A DNA stretch of 56,821 nt from Actinomycetes bacterium (GCA_021784765.1 JAJYHN010000203.1:1-56821), one strand, 5' to 3'; positions 17,961-28,456 are shown, counted from the stretch's first letter. Notes: generated from the sequence alone by a model not told the origin. Numbers and translations: made by a program.

Positions 17961-20600
17961 GTGAACCGTCTGCAGCAGTTGCACGACGCTGGGGTCTCGA
18001 TCTGGCTCGACACGATCCGCCGGAGCCTGCTGTCCTCGGGGCAGCTCCGGCGCCTGATCGAGGAGGACGCCCTCACCGGGGTGACCTCCAACCCGACGAT
18101 CTTCGAGAAGGCCGTCTCGGGCTCGACCGACTACGACGCGGCCGTGACCGAGCTGATCGCCGCCGGGTCGAGCGTCCCCGAGGACCTGTTCGTGGCGCTC
18201 GGCACCGACGACATCCGCGCCGCCGCCGACCTCCTGCGGCCAGCGTTCGATGCGAGCGGCGGGACCGACGGGCTGGCCTCGTTCGAGGTTGCCCCCTCGC
18301 TCGCCCACGACACGGAGGGGACGGTCGCGCAGGCGAAGGACCTGTGGGCGCGTCTCGCCCGTCCCAACGTGCTGATCAAGGTCCCGGCGACGCCGGAGGG
18401 GATCCCCGCGATCGAGGAGCTGATCGCGGCCGGCGTGAACGTGAACGTCACGTTGCTGTTCGCGCTCGAGATGTACGAGCGGTCGGCCGAGGCCTACCTC
18501 CGCGGCCTCGAGCGACGCCTGGCTGCCGGGGAGCCGCTCGGCGTCGCCTCGGTCGCCTCGTTCTTCGTCTCCCGGGTCGACACCGCAGTCGACCGCGAGC
18601 TCCCGGAGGGCTCGCCCCTCCGCGGACGCCTCGCGGTCGCGAACGCCCTGCTCGCCTACCGGCGGTCCCGTGAGCTCTTCGCGGGCGAGCGCTGGGAGCG
18701 GCTGGCCTCGGCCGGCGCCCGGCCGCAGCGCCCGCTCTGGGCGTCGACCAGCACCAAGGACCCCGCCTACTCCGACATCCTCTACGTCGCCTCGCTGGTC
18801 ACGCCCGGCGCGGTGAACACGATGCCGGAGACGACCCTGCAGGCGTTCCGCGACCACGGCGAACCCCGCCCCGTCACCGAGGCCGATCTCGACGAGGCGG
18901 AGCGGACGCTCGCGGCGGCCGCAGCGGCGGGGATCGACTTCGGCGCGGTGACGGCGAGGCTTCTCGACGAGGGGGTCCAGGCCTTCGCCGACTCCTACGA
19001 GCAGCTCATGGCCGTGATCGCCGGGAAGGCCGATGCCGTCGCGGGCGCGCGGCCGGGCCGGCGGGAGGCGAGCCTGCCGGGGACGCTCGGGAAGGCCGTG
19101 GACGAGAGGCTGGCTGCGCTGCAGGGGGCCCGCGTGCCCGAGCGGATCTGGGCGAGGGACGTGACCGTCTGGCGGCAGGACCCCACCGAGATCGCCGACC
19201 GCCTCGGGTGGCTCGGTGTCGAGGAGACCATGCACGAGCGGATCCCCGAGCTGAAGGAGTTCGCCGAGGCCTGCGCGGCCGACGGGCTGACCCACGCGGT
19301 GCTCGCCGGGATGGGCGGGTCCTCGCTGGCCCCCGAGGTGCTGCGAGAGACCTTCGGCGTGGCGCCGGGGATGCTCGACCTCGCCGTCCTTGACACGACG
19401 AGCCCCGACCAGATCCTCGCGGTCGAGCGCGCGCTGCCGCTCGATCGCACGCTCTTCGTGATCGCCTCGAAGTCGGGAACGACCACCGAGACGATCTCGC
19501 ACTTCCGGCACCTCTGGCAGGAGGTGCCCGACGGCTCGCGGTTCGTCGCGATCACCGACCCCGGCACGCCCCTCGCCGACCTCGCCCGCGAGCGCGGGTT
19601 CCGGCGGACGTTCCTGAACCCGCCGGACATCGGGGGCCGCTACTCGGCCCTGTCCTACTTCGGCCTCGTCCACGGCGCGCTCATCGGCGCCGACCTGCAC
19701 GGGCTGCTCGACCGGGCGCTCGGGGCGGCCCACGCGTGCGCCGGATGCGTGCCGGCGCCCGACGACCCCGCGGCGTGGCTCGGCGCGATCATGGGCGAGG
19801 CGGCCCGCGCCGGGCGCGACAAGCTGACGCTCGTGCTCGACCCCGCCGTCCGGGCGTTCGGCTACTGGGTCGAGCAGCTCATCGCCGAGTCGACGGGCAA
19901 GGACGGCACAGGGATCGTCCCGGTCGAGGGCGAGGACCTCGGCGACCCGTCGGTCTACGGCGAGGACCGCCTCTTCGCCGGCGTCGGCGGCGGGGCGGTG
20001 CGGCAGGCGCTGGCGCCGCTGGCCGCCGCCGGCCACCCGACCGCGTGGCTCGGGCTGGAGGACCCGGTCGAGCTCGGCGCGCAGTTCTTCGTCTGGGAGT
20101 TCGCGACGGCCGTGGCCGGGGCGGTGCTCGGGATCCAGCCGTTCGACCAGCCGAACGTGCAGGAGGCGAAGGACAATACTCGGCGGCTGCTGGCGGCGGG
20201 CGAGGTTCCCGACCCCGGCCTCGGTGACCTCGGTGCGCTGCTCGGCGAGGTCCAGCCGGGCGACTACCTGGCGATCCAGGCCTACATGCCGCGGAACGAG
20301 GAGACGCAGCGGCGGCTCCACGCCGTTCGCATGCGTCTCCGCGACCGGCTGCGCGTGGCCACGACGGTCGGGTTCGGGCCGCGGTTCCTGCACTCGACCG
20401 GACAGCTTCACAAGGGCGGACCGAACACGGGCGTCTTCGTGCAGGCCGTGGAGCCGCCGGCGGAAGACCTCGCCATCCCCGGCGAGCCCTTCACGTTCGG
20501 CACGCTGTTCGCCGCGCAGTCGGCCGGTGACCTGCGGTCACTGCGCGACCACGGGCGCCGGGTCGCTCGGGTGCGCCTGGCCGACCTCGAGGCAGTGTGA
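17961..20600 (+). CDS. Bifunctional transaldolase / glucose-6-phosphate isomerase
   Basis: N-terminal half has SIWLDTIRR...VTSNPTIFEKA and NVLIKVPAT (transaldolase). C-terminal half has FVIASKSGTTTET and GGRYSALS (PGI). Possible starts are 17898, 17952 and 17961. Confidence 0.9.
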   Translation: MNRLQQLHDAGVSIWLDTIRRSLLSSGQLRRLIEEDALTGVTSNPTIFEKAVSGSTDYDAAVTELIAAGSSVPEDLFVALGTDDIRAAADLLRPAFDASGGTDGLASFEVAPSLAHDTEGTVAQAKDLWARLARPNVLIKVPATPEGIPAIEELIAAGVNVNVTLLFALEMYERSAEAYLRGLERRLAAGEPLGVASVASFFVSRVDTAVDRELPEGSPLRGRLAVANALLAYRRSRELFAGERWERLASAGARPQRPLWASTSTKDPAYSDILYVASLVTPGAVNTMPETTLQAFRDHGEPRPVTEADLDEAERTLAAAAAAGIDFGAVTARLLDEGVQAFADSYEQLMAVIAGKADAVAGARPGRREASLPGTLGKAVDERLAALQGARVPERIWARDVTVWRQDPTEIADRLGWLGVEETMHERIPELKEFAEACAADGLTHAVLAGMGGSSLAPEVLRETFGVAPGMLDLAVLDTTSPDQILAVERALPLDRTLFVIASKSGTTTETISHFRHLWQEVPDGSRFVAITDPGTPLADLARERGFRRTFLNPPDIGGRYSALSYFGLVHGALIGADLHGLLDRALGAAHACAGCVPAPDDPAAWLGAIMGEAARAGRDKLTLVLDPAVRAFGYWVEQLIAESTGKDGTGIVPVEGEDLGDPSVYGEDRLFAGVGGGAVRQALAPLAAAGHPTAWLGLEDPVELGAQFFVWEFATAVAGAVLGIQPFDQPNVQEAKDNTRRLLAAGEVPDPGLGDLGALLGEVQPGDYLAIQAYMPRNEETQRRLHAVRMRLRDRLRVATTVGFGPRFLHSTGQLHKGGPNTGVFVQAVEPPAEDLAIPGEPFTFGTLFAAQSAGDLRSLRDHGRRVARVRLADLEAV

Positions 20601-21307
20601 GACGGTCCGGGGGGAGCGGGGCGGCCCCGGCCCCGGGACCGAGCCGCGCGCGGCCGGCCCCGGAGGTGCGGGTGGTCGCCGACGCGGCCGGCATGGCGGC
20701 CGAGGCCCTGGCGGTCTTCCTGGCGGCTCGGCCGAGGACGATCCTGCTCACCGGCGGCGGCACGCCGCGGCCGTTCTACGAGCGGCTGGCCGCCCTCGCC
20801 GGCTACGAGTGGAGCGAGGTCGAGTGCTTCTTCTCCGACGAACGGTGCGTGCCGGCCGATGACGAGCGCTGCAACGCGCGGATGGCGGACGTGGCGCTGC
20901 TCCGGAGGGTCCCCGCGCGCTCGTACCCGATCGACGGGACGGCGTGCGACGCCGACGGCTACGAGCGGATGCTGCGGGCGCGGTTCGGGGACGCGCCGCG
21001 GTTCGACCTCGCCGTCTACGGCCTCGGCCCGGACGGCCACACCGCGTCGCTCTTCCCCGGCCGGCCGGAGGTCGAGGAGCGAGCCCGCTGGGCCGTCCGG
21101 GTGCCGGAGGCCGGGTGGGAGCCGTTCGTGCCCCGTGTGTCGCTGACCGTTCCCGCGCTGTCGGCCGCCGCCGTCGGGATGTTCCTGGTGAGCGGGGAAG
21201 GGAAGCGGGAGCCGCTCCGCCGCCTGCTGGCGGGCGAGGACATCCCCGCCGCGAGGTTGGCGCCGGGTCGGCTCGTGGTGATCGCCGATGAGGCCGCCGT
21301 CACCTGA
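20597..21307 (+). CDS. pgl: 6-phosphogluconolactonase
   Basis: LTGGGTPRPFYE...FFSDERCVP...LGPDGHTASLFPG. GTGA overlap with tal-pgi. The true start may lie further downstream. Confidence 0.85.
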   Translation: MRRSGGSGAAPAPGPSRARPAPEVRVVADAAGMAAEALAVFLAARPRTILLTGGGTPRPFYERLAALAGYEWSEVECFFSDERCVPADDERCNARMADVALLRRVPARSYPIDGTACDADGYERMLRARFGDAPRFDLAVYGLGPDGHTASLFPGRPEVEERARWAVRVPEAGWEPFVPRVSLTVPALSAAAVGMFLVSGEGKREPLRRLLAGEDIPAARLAPGRLVVIADEAAVT

Positions 21308-21359
21308 GCGGCCGCCCTCGGGGGTCTCGGGGGTCTCGGACGTCTCGGGGCCCGGATCG

Positions 21360-22172
21360 TCAGCCGGCAGAGACGTGGAAGAGGTGCCCGATGCCGAAGG
21401 TCGCCCCGGCGGCGACGGCACCGACGACGAGCATCCGCAGGCCCGAGAGCCAGGGGTGGCGGCCGGTGACGATCGACATCGCCGAGCCGACGCTGAACAG
21501 GGCGACGGCGCCCGCGCCGATCGCCCAGACCTCGGCCGTCCCGCCGGAGCCGAACACGAACGGCAGCAGCGGGATCGTCGCGCCGACGGCGAACGTCACG
21601 AACGAGGAGATCGCCGCCTTCCACGGCGAGCCGAGCTCGTCGGGGTCGAGGCCGAGCTCCTCGCGGGCGTGGGTGTCGAGCGCGAGCGCCGGGTCGGCGT
21701 GCACGACGCTCGTGACGCGGTGGGCGAGGTCGGCCGGGAAGCCCTTCCGCCGGTAGAGCTCGGAGAGCTCGTCGAACTCCTCGTCGGGCATCGTCGCGAG
21801 CTCGTGGGCCTCGAGCTGGATCAGCCGCTCGAACAGCTCGCGCTGCACGCGCATCGAGACGTACTCCCCAGCTCCCATCGAGCAGGCGCCCGCGAGCAGC
21901 CCGGCGATGCCGGCGAGGACGATCACACCGTGGTGCACGGCGGCGCCGGCGACCCCCATGATCAGCGAGAGGTTCGAGACCAGGCCGTCGTTGATGCCGA
22001 AGATCGCCGCGCGGAGAGCGCCGCTCTTGCCAGCGAGCCCCCGGATCTCGTCGGCGTTCTCGAGGCGCTCGTCGAAGGGCCGCAGGCGCATGCGCCCGCG
22101 CCCGTAGCGCTCGTTCACGATGCGCAACAGGTTCTGCTCGGTGAAGCCCCGCTCGACGGTCCCTTCGCTCAT
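21360..22172 (-). CDS. VIT1/CCC1-family iron/manganese transporter
   Basis: AAIFGINDGLVSNLSLIMGVAG and a C-terminal TMS bundle. ATG at 22172. Confidence 0.85.
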   Translation of the reverse strand: MSEGTVERGFTEQNLLRIVNERYGRGRMRLRPFDERLENADEIRGLAGKSGALRAAIFGINDGLVSNLSLIMGVAGAAVHHGVIVLAGIAGLLAGACSMGAGEYVSMRVQRELFERLIQLEAHELATMPDEEFDELSELYRRKGFPADLAHRVTSVVHADPALALDTHAREELGLDPDELGSPWKAAISSFVTFAVGATIPLLPFVFGSGGTAEVWAIGAGAVALFSVGSAMSIVTGRHPWLSGLRMLVVGAVAAGATFGIGHLFHVSAG

Positions 22173-23068
22173 GCCTCGCCCTCGCCCCCGTTCCGCTGCT
22201 CCCCCCGCTCCCTCAGGTAGCGCTCGACCTCGGCGGCGATCGCCTCGGCCGAGGGGATCTCTTCGACCTCGTGCGGCGCCGGCCCCGCTTGTCCCTCGGT
22301 CAGGGCGGCTCCCTCCAGCCGCTCCACGTACTCGCTGAGCTCGTCGCTCTCCGCCACGAGCGATGCGACCTCGCGGTCCCACTCGGCCGCCGCCTCCTCC
22401 AGCGGGCCGGTCTCGACCGTCACCCCGAGCAGCGCCGTCGTGCGCTCGACGAGCGACAGGGCTGCCTTCGGGTCGGGCGCCGAGGGCAGGTAGTGCGGCA
22501 CGGCCGCCCAGAGGCTGATCGAGGCCATGCCGGCCCGGATCGCCGCGTCGTGCAGCACCCCGGTGATGCCAGTCGGTCCCTCGTACTGCGACCCCGTGAG
22601 CCCCAGGCGGTGCGCCTCGTCCTGCGTCGGGGCCGAGCCGGTCAGCGGCACCGGCCGGGTGTGGGGCACGTCGGCGAGGAAGGCCCCGAGCGTCACCAGG
22701 AGGTCGACCCCGAGGTCGCGGGCCGCTCCGAGGATCGCCGACGTGAAGGTCCGCCATCGGTTGTTCGGCTCGGCCCCCACCAGCACGATGACGTCGCGGC
22801 CGGGCGGCGAGGCCGCACGGAGCTCGAAGGACGGCCACTCGACGACGCGGCTCACCCCGTCCTCGAGGCGAACCGTCGGCCGCGTGACCTGGAAGTCGAG
22901 GAACTCCTCGGGGTCCAGATGCCCGATCGTCCGCGCATCCCACCGCTCCGCGAGATAGCGGGCGGCAACCGACGCGGCCTGCCCGGCGTCGTTCCATCCG
23001 GAGAACGCGCACACAAGGGCGGGCCGGCGGAGCCGGATGCCCTCCTCCAAGGTGACGTGGTCGGTCAT
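22169..23068 (-). CDS. PAC2 (proteasome assembly chaperone 2-like) family protein
   Basis: LVCAFSGWNDAGQAAS...YEGPTGITGVL, typical of actinobacterial PAC2. Stop overlaps the VIT1 start (ATGA). Confidence 0.8.
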   Translation of the reverse strand: MTDHVTLEEGIRLRRPALVCAFSGWNDAGQAASVAARYLAERWDARTIGHLDPEEFLDFQVTRPTVRLEDGVSRVVEWPSFELRAASPPGRDVIVLVGAEPNNRWRTFTSAILGAARDLGVDLLVTLGAFLADVPHTRPVPLTGSAPTQDEAHRLGLTGSQYEGPTGITGVLHDAAIRAGMASISLWAAVPHYLPSAPDPKAALSLVERTTALLGVTVETGPLEEAAAEWDREVASLVAESDELSEYVERLEGAALTEGQAGPAPHEVEEIPSAEAIAAEVERYLRERGEQRNGGEGEA

Positions 23069-23269
23069 GGTGTGTGCGGTGGGGGGCGGCTGCCGCGCCC
23101 GGCGGCGCGCGGCGAGCGGCACGTTCGGCCGTGCCGCCCCGTGACTGCAGCCTACACCAGGCCCGGATCGGAGGGCCGAGATGCTTGAGCCGTGCCCCTC
23201 ACCCGGCTTGAATTGGCGAGCGCCGTCCAGCGGGGCGGCGATGGGCCGGAGACGGGGGGGGAGCGAGGG

Positions 23270-24004
23270 ATGGTGCCGGGTGGATCCGCGGTGGTCTCGC
23301 CTCCGGGGGAGGCTCCCTGGCGCGCTCCCGGCCCTCCGTCCGGTGCCTGGCATCTCGATCTCGGGACCGAGGCCGAGGCGTCGCTCGCTGGCGTCCTCCG
23401 GCTGCTGGAGGCCGATGGGGCCCCCGAGCGGGCCGTCGAGACCCTGGCGCGGGCGCTCGAGGGCAAGGACGTGTGCACCGGCGACCACTCCCGGGCGCTC
23501 GTTGGGATGTCGGCCACCGTCGGGCGTGAGCTCGGCATCGAGGGGGAGGACCTCGGGCGGCTGGAGGTCGGGGCGCTGCTGCACGACGTCGGGAAGATCG
23601 GCGTGCCGCTGCAGGTGATCCGCAAGCCGGGCCCGCTGACGGCCGGGGAGCGGCGCCTCATGAACCTGCACCCGGAGATCGGGGAGGCCATCCTCGAGCG
23701 GGTCCCGTCCCTCGAGCCGCTCCGCCCGGTCGTCCGCGCCTGCCACGAGCGGTGGGACGGTGGCGGCTACCCTGATGGGCTGGCGCGCGAGGCGATCCCG
23801 CTCGCGGCGCGGATCGTGTTCGTCTGCGACGCGTTCCACGCGATGACCACCGACCGGCCCTATCGTGGGGCCCTGCCGGAGCACGAGGCCGTCCGGCGGC
23901 TGAAGGTCGCCGCCGGTACCCAGTTCGACCCGGGCGTCGTCGAGACGTTCGTGCGGGTGCACGCGGGCGGCGGCGTCGGCGTGGCGGCCGGGATCCGCGG
24001 CTGA
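23270..24004 (+). CDS. HD-GYP domain phosphodiesterase (stand-alone)
   Basis: GDHSRA...LLHDVGKIGVP...HPEIG...HERWDGGGYPDGL. Confidence 0.85.
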   Translation: MVPGGSAVVSPPGEAPWRAPGPPSGAWHLDLGTEAEASLAGVLRLLEADGAPERAVETLARALEGKDVCTGDHSRALVGMSATVGRELGIEGEDLGRLEVGALLHDVGKIGVPLQVIRKPGPLTAGERRLMNLHPEIGEAILERVPSLEPLRPVVRACHERWDGGGYPDGLAREAIPLAARIVFVCDAFHAMTTDRPYRGALPEHEAVRRLKVAAGTQFDPGVVETFVRVHAGGGVGVAAGIRG

Positions 24005-24177
24005 GCCCGGGTCCCCGGGCACCTCGTCCCCCTCGTTCGCCCCTGCCCGCCTCCGCCCTCCCGGCCCGGGTCTTCCGGCGCATGGGAGCATGGTCGGCGT
24101 GGGCCGTGCGAACACGGCGCGTTCGACCGCGACGCGACTGGGTCGCGCGACCGCGCGAGCGAGCGAGGGGAACGAGG

Positions 24178-25062
24178 ATGGCGAGGATCGCGTTCTGCGG
24201 ACTGGGCATGATGGGCCGCCCCATGGCCGAGCGGCTGCTCGCGGCCGGACACGAGCTGACCGTCTGGAACCGGACGCCCGAGCGGGCCGCACCGCTCGCC
24301 GAGCGGGGCGCGCGGGCGGCCGCCACCCCCATCGAGGCCGCCGAGGGGGCCGAGGCCGTGGTCACGATGCTGGCGACGCCCGATGCGCTGGAGGCGGTCG
24401 TCCTCGGCGAGCACGGGCTCGCGCCGGCGCTCGGGCACGGGACCGCGTTGATCGAGATGTCCACGGTCGGCCCGTACGCCGTCCGCGACCTGGCGGCGCG
24501 GTTGCCGGCCGGGGTCGAGGTGCTCGACGCGCCGGTGCTCGGCAGCATCCCGCAGGCGACCGACGGGACCCTCGAGATCTTCGTCGGCGGGACCCCGGAG
24601 GCGTTCGCGAGGTGGGAGCCGGTGCTGCGCGCCATGGGGACCCCCGCCCAGCTCGGTCCGCTCGGCGCCGGTGCCGCGATGAAGCTCGTCGTGAACTCGG
24701 CGCTGCTCGCGCTCATGACCACGTTCGCCGAGGCGATGCGCCTGTCCGACGCGCTCGAGCTCGACCCGGCCGCCACCCTCGACGTGTTGGCCGGCTCGGC
24801 CATCGGCGTGACCGTCCGGCGCAAGCGCGACCACGTGGAGCGGGGTGAGTTCCCGCCGAACTTCCGTCTGGCCCTCGCGGCAAAGGACGCCGGGCTGGTC
24901 GACGAGGCGGCCGGGCGCCTCGGGCTCGGCCTGCCGGTCGCGGCAGGCGCGCGGGAATGGATGGAGGCCGCCGTCGCGGCCGGGCTCGGCGACCTCGACT
25001 ACTCGGCGGTGGTCGCGCACGCTCGCGGGACGCGGGCCGCACTCCCGGGAGGTGGGGCGTGA
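24178..25062 (+). CDS. NAD(P)-dependent oxidoreductase, 3-hydroxyisobutyrate/6-phosphogluconate dehydrogenase-like
   Basis: IAFCGLGMMGRPMAERLL Rossmann fold and a MKLVVNS motif. Confidence 0.85.
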   Translation: MARIAFCGLGMMGRPMAERLLAAGHELTVWNRTPERAAPLAERGARAAATPIEAAEGAEAVVTMLATPDALEAVVLGEHGLAPALGHGTALIEMSTVGPYAVRDLAARLPAGVEVLDAPVLGSIPQATDGTLEIFVGGTPEAFARWEPVLRAMGTPAQLGPLGAGAAMKLVVNSALLALMTTFAEAMRLSDALELDPAATLDVLAGSAIGVTVRRKRDHVERGEFPPNFRLALAAKDAGLVDEAAGRLGLGLPVAAGAREWMEAAVAAGLGDLDYSAVVAHARGTRAALPGGGA

Positions 25063-26048
25063 AGGACGTCGGGCTGGTCGGGGTCCCCTTCTCCGGGAAG
25101 TCGACGCTGTTCACGGCCCTGACCCGCATCGGCTCGGCGGGGGGCAGGGCGAATCAGGCCGTGGTGCCGGTGCCCGACCCGCGCCTGGACGTCCTTGCCG
25201 AGATGCACCGCTCGAGGCGGGTGGTCCCGGCACAGGTCCGCTTCGTGGATGTCCCCGGCGGCACCTCGGCGCAGGCGCTGGCCGCCCTGCGCGAGACGGA
25301 CGCCCTCTGCGTCGTCGTCCGCGCGTTCGGCCCCGACCCCGATCCCGCCGGCGAGCTCGCAGAGGTGACGGCCGACCTGCTGCTCGCCGACCTGGCCAAC
25401 GTCGACACGGCCCTGGAGAACGCCCGAAAGCGCACGAAGGGGCGCAGCGCGAAGGAGGGCGCGACCGCGGAGGTCGTGGCCCTCCAGGCCGCGCACGCGG
25501 CGCTCTCCGAGGAGCGGCTCCTTCGTGACGCCGACCTCGACGAGGAGGCACGGCGGCATCTGCGCGGGCTGGCCCCGCTGACGCTGAAGCCGTGGGTGGT
25601 GGTCGCGAACCTGGAGGAGGGCGCCGGGGTGCCGCGCGGACTGCCGGAGGGGACCGTCGGGGTCTCGGCTGAGATCGAGGCCGAGACGGCCGGGATGCCG
25701 GAGGACGAGGCCCGCGCCCTGCTCGCCGAGTTCGGCGTCGTCGAGCCGGGTATCGACCGGGTCGTCGCGGCCTGCTACCGGGCGCTCGACCTGATCACCT
25801 TCCTCACCACCGGAGAGGACGAGACCCGGGCCTGGGAGGTTCGCCACGGCGCCACGGCGCCGGAGGCGGCCGGCGCCATCCACAGCGACCTGCAGCGTGG
25901 GTTCATCCGGGCCGAGGTCGTCGGCTACGACGACCTGGTCGCGGCCGGCGGCTGGGAGCAGGCGAAGCACCACGGCTCGCTGCGCGTCGAGGGCAAGGAC
26001 TACGTCGTGCGGGAGGGCGACGTCCTGCACGTGCGGTTCGCGGTGTAG
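25059..26048 (+). CDS. ychF: Redox-regulated ATPase YchF
   Basis: GLVGVPFSGKSTLFTALT P-loop and the C-terminal TGS-like HSDLQRGFIRAEVV...VREGDVLHVRF. GTGA overlap with the upstream gene. Confidence 0.9.
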   Translation: MKDVGLVGVPFSGKSTLFTALTRIGSAGGRANQAVVPVPDPRLDVLAEMHRSRRVVPAQVRFVDVPGGTSAQALAALRETDALCVVVRAFGPDPDPAGELAEVTADLLLADLANVDTALENARKRTKGRSAKEGATAEVVALQAAHAALSEERLLRDADLDEEARRHLRGLAPLTLKPWVVVANLEEGAGVPRGLPEGTVGVSAEIEAETAGMPEDEARALLAEFGVVEPGIDRVVAACYRALDLITFLTTGEDETRAWEVRHGATAPEAAGAIHSDLQRGFIRAEVVGYDDLVAAGGWEQAKHHGSLRVEGKDYVVREGDVLHVRFAV

Positions 26049-26052
26049 CCGG

Positions 26053-28386
26053 CTACCCCTGCGACCGGCGGGGAAGCCAGAGCGAGAAGGTCGAGCCCTC
26101 GTCGATCCCGCTGCGGACCTCGATCCTGCCTCCCATGGCTCGGGCGCCCCTCGCCGACAGGTAGAGGCCGAGACCGACCCCCCCCACGCGGCGCGTGTTC
26201 GAGGAGTCGAGCTGCTCGAAGCGCTCGAAGATGCGCGCGACGTTCTCCGGAGCGATCCCGATGCCCCAGTCGCGGACGTCGATCCGGACCCACTCGGGCT
26301 CGAGACGCACCGAGAAGCGCACCGGCCCGTCCGAGTACTTCAGCGCGTTGTCGCCGAGGTTGAACAGGACCCGGTACAGCAGCGTCGGGTCGGTCGTGAT
26401 CTGGATCGCTCCGGGGAGCTCGACCTCGACCCTCCGCCGGGGAGCGCGCGACCGCAGCGTGGCGGCGACCTCCTCGACGAACGGGCCGAGGTCCACCGGC
26501 AGCGGGACGATCGCGGGGTCCTCCTCGGCCAGGCGCGAGGTCGCGAGCAGGTTCTCGAGCATCTCGGCCAGCCGCTTCGCCTGCCGCTCGGCGGCCGCGA
26601 GCAGCTCCTCGCGCTCCTCGGCTCCGAGCCCCTCGCCGCCTCGCGCCACCGTGGCGACGTTGCCGATGACCGCCGTCAGCGGCGTCCGCAGCTCGTGAGA
26701 GACATTCGCGACGAACTCGTCCTTCATGCGGTTCAGGGACTCGAGCTGCTCGACCTGGTCGGCCAGCGCGCGCCGGCTCTCGGCCAGCTCCTTGGAGGTC
26801 TGGGCCAGCTCGGTGAGCAGCAGCACCGACAGCAGGTGCTGGCCGAACAGCTCCGCCCGTCGGGCGTCGTCGGGGGTGAACGGCGGCCGATCGCAGGGAC
26901 GATGCAGCGTGAGCACGGCCCGGACGCGCTCGTCGACCATGACCGGGACCGCCATCACGTGCTCGTCCTCGGGGTGGGTTCCCGGGACCTTGATGGCGAC
27001 CGCGTCCGGCTGCCCGGAGTTCGAGATCACCGGCCGCAGGTCCGTCACGGCCCGGCCGGTCGCCCCGACCCCGAACGGCACCTCGAAGCGGAGCATGGCC
27101 TCGGCGATCGGCCCCGCCTCGGAGTGGTAGATGGGTTTGACGGTCTGCGTCGCGTGATCGACCCGGGCGATCGTGAGCGACTGGATCGGGACCACCTCCG
27201 AGAGCCGCTCGAACAGCAGGGGAAAGATCTCCCGTGAGGCGACCGCCGCCGAGGCGAGGCCGAGGCGGTTGCCGATCTCGAGCAGCGAACGATGAAGGGC
27301 GACCTCCTCCTCGAGCTCCCGCCGCAGCTGCTGCATCTCCCGCTCGGCCTCCAGGGACCCGATCTCGCGCAGCAGCAGCAGGTTCTCGGCGGCGTTCGCG
27401 CCGACCACCGCGAACAGGCGCAGCAGGCGGAACGTGTCGCGGTCGGGGATCGCCTGGTCGGTGGGTGAATCGATCGACAGCAACCCGAGGTCGCGTCCCT
27501 CGGAGGTCCGCAGCCTCACGAAGCAGCCGTCCTCGGGATGCCAGTAGCCGGGCCCCCGCCACCCGAACGCCGGCACCATGACGGTGTCGCCCATCCGCTC
27601 CCACGACGGATGGTGAGCGTCGTGAGGGACGAAGAAGACGTCGGGGATGACCTCGAACTCCGGCTGCAGGAGGCTCTCCAGCGTGGAGCGCGGGTTGGCG
27701 GTGCCCACCATCCGGTCCACGCCGCCACCGGACCCGGCCCGGACGAGGTAGACGTCGCCTGTCTCGTCCAGGACGTTGATGACCGTGTCGAGGCCGAACG
27801 CGGCCCGGACGCCCTCGGCGATCGCGAGCAGCACCCCGTCGAGTCCGCCGCCCCGGCTGGGAGAGGCCGCGACCCTCGCGAGCGCTCGCAGGCGCGCGGA
27901 CTCCCGCTCGGTGCGCCCCTGCAAGGCCTGGTTCCTGGCCGAGAGCGTCTCCTCCGCCTGCACCAGCCGAGTGGTGTCGTGCGCCGAGACCACGACGCGG
28001 GCCGGGCCCGGGCCTCGGACCGGGACGATCGCCACGTCCCAGTAGCTGACCTCGCCCCTCGCCGACCGGCGCACGAAGCGGTGCAGCTCCAGCGCCTCCC
28101 CCGAGGACGCCACGTGGTGCATCAACGCCGCGGTCTCGGCCTGGATGACCGGCACCGCCTCCTCGAGGCGCTCTCCGATCAGGTCGGCCCCGGGGCGACC
28201 GACGAACTCGAGGTACCGGTCGTTGGCCGTCACGAGGTACAGATCCCCGTCGGCGCGGCGCTCCCAGCACGCGAGCGCGGCATGCGCGCCGGCGAGCGTG
28301 GCCGCGAGGACCTCGGCTGCCCCCCCGAGGGGCGGGTGGCCGTCGGTCGGCTGCGGTTGCGTCCTCATGGTCTCCGCATACAGCAT
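26053..28386 (-). CDS. Cytoplasmic sensor histidine kinase (PAS-GAF-GAF-HisKA-HATPase)
   Basis: H-box SHELRTPL and GGVGLGLY ATPase motifs. The N-terminal approx. 500 aa look like PAS/GAF sensor modules, an architecture call made from overall appearance rather than specific motifs. No TMS is evident. Start is uncertain (28386 or 28368). Confidence 0.8.
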   Translation of the reverse strand: MLYAETMRTQPQPTDGHPPLGGAAEVLAATLAGAHAALACWERRADGDLYLVTANDRYLEFVGRPGADLIGERLEEAVPVIQAETAALMHHVASSGEALELHRFVRRSARGEVSYWDVAIVPVRGPGPARVVVSAHDTTRLVQAEETLSARNQALQGRTERESARLRALARVAASPSRGGGLDGVLLAIAEGVRAAFGLDTVINVLDETGDVYLVRAGSGGGVDRMVGTANPRSTLESLLQPEFEVIPDVFFVPHDAHHPSWERMGDTVMVPAFGWRGPGYWHPEDGCFVRLRTSEGRDLGLLSIDSPTDQAIPDRDTFRLLRLFAVVGANAAENLLLLREIGSLEAEREMQQLRRELEEEVALHRSLLEIGNRLGLASAAVASREIFPLLFERLSEVVPIQSLTIARVDHATQTVKPIYHSEAGPIAEAMLRFEVPFGVGATGRAVTDLRPVISNSGQPDAVAIKVPGTHPEDEHVMAVPVMVDERVRAVLTLHRPCDRPPFTPDDARRAELFGQHLLSVLLLTELAQTSKELAESRRALADQVEQLESLNRMKDEFVANVSHELRTPLTAVIGNVATVARGGEGLGAEEREELLAAAERQAKRLAEMLENLLATSRLAEEDPAIVPLPVDLGPFVEEVAATLRSRAPRRRVEVELPGAIQITTDPTLLYRVLFNLGDNALKYSDGPVRFSVRLEPEWVRIDVRDWGIGIAPENVARIFERFEQLDSSNTRRVGGVGLGLYLSARGARAMGGRIEVRSGIDEGSTFSLWLPRRSQG

Positions 28387-28456
28387 CGGTGCCCCTCGAT
28401 TGTCGCTGAAGCCGGGCGGTGCCGCGGGTCGGAATCGGGTAGGCTCCGGCCCTGCG

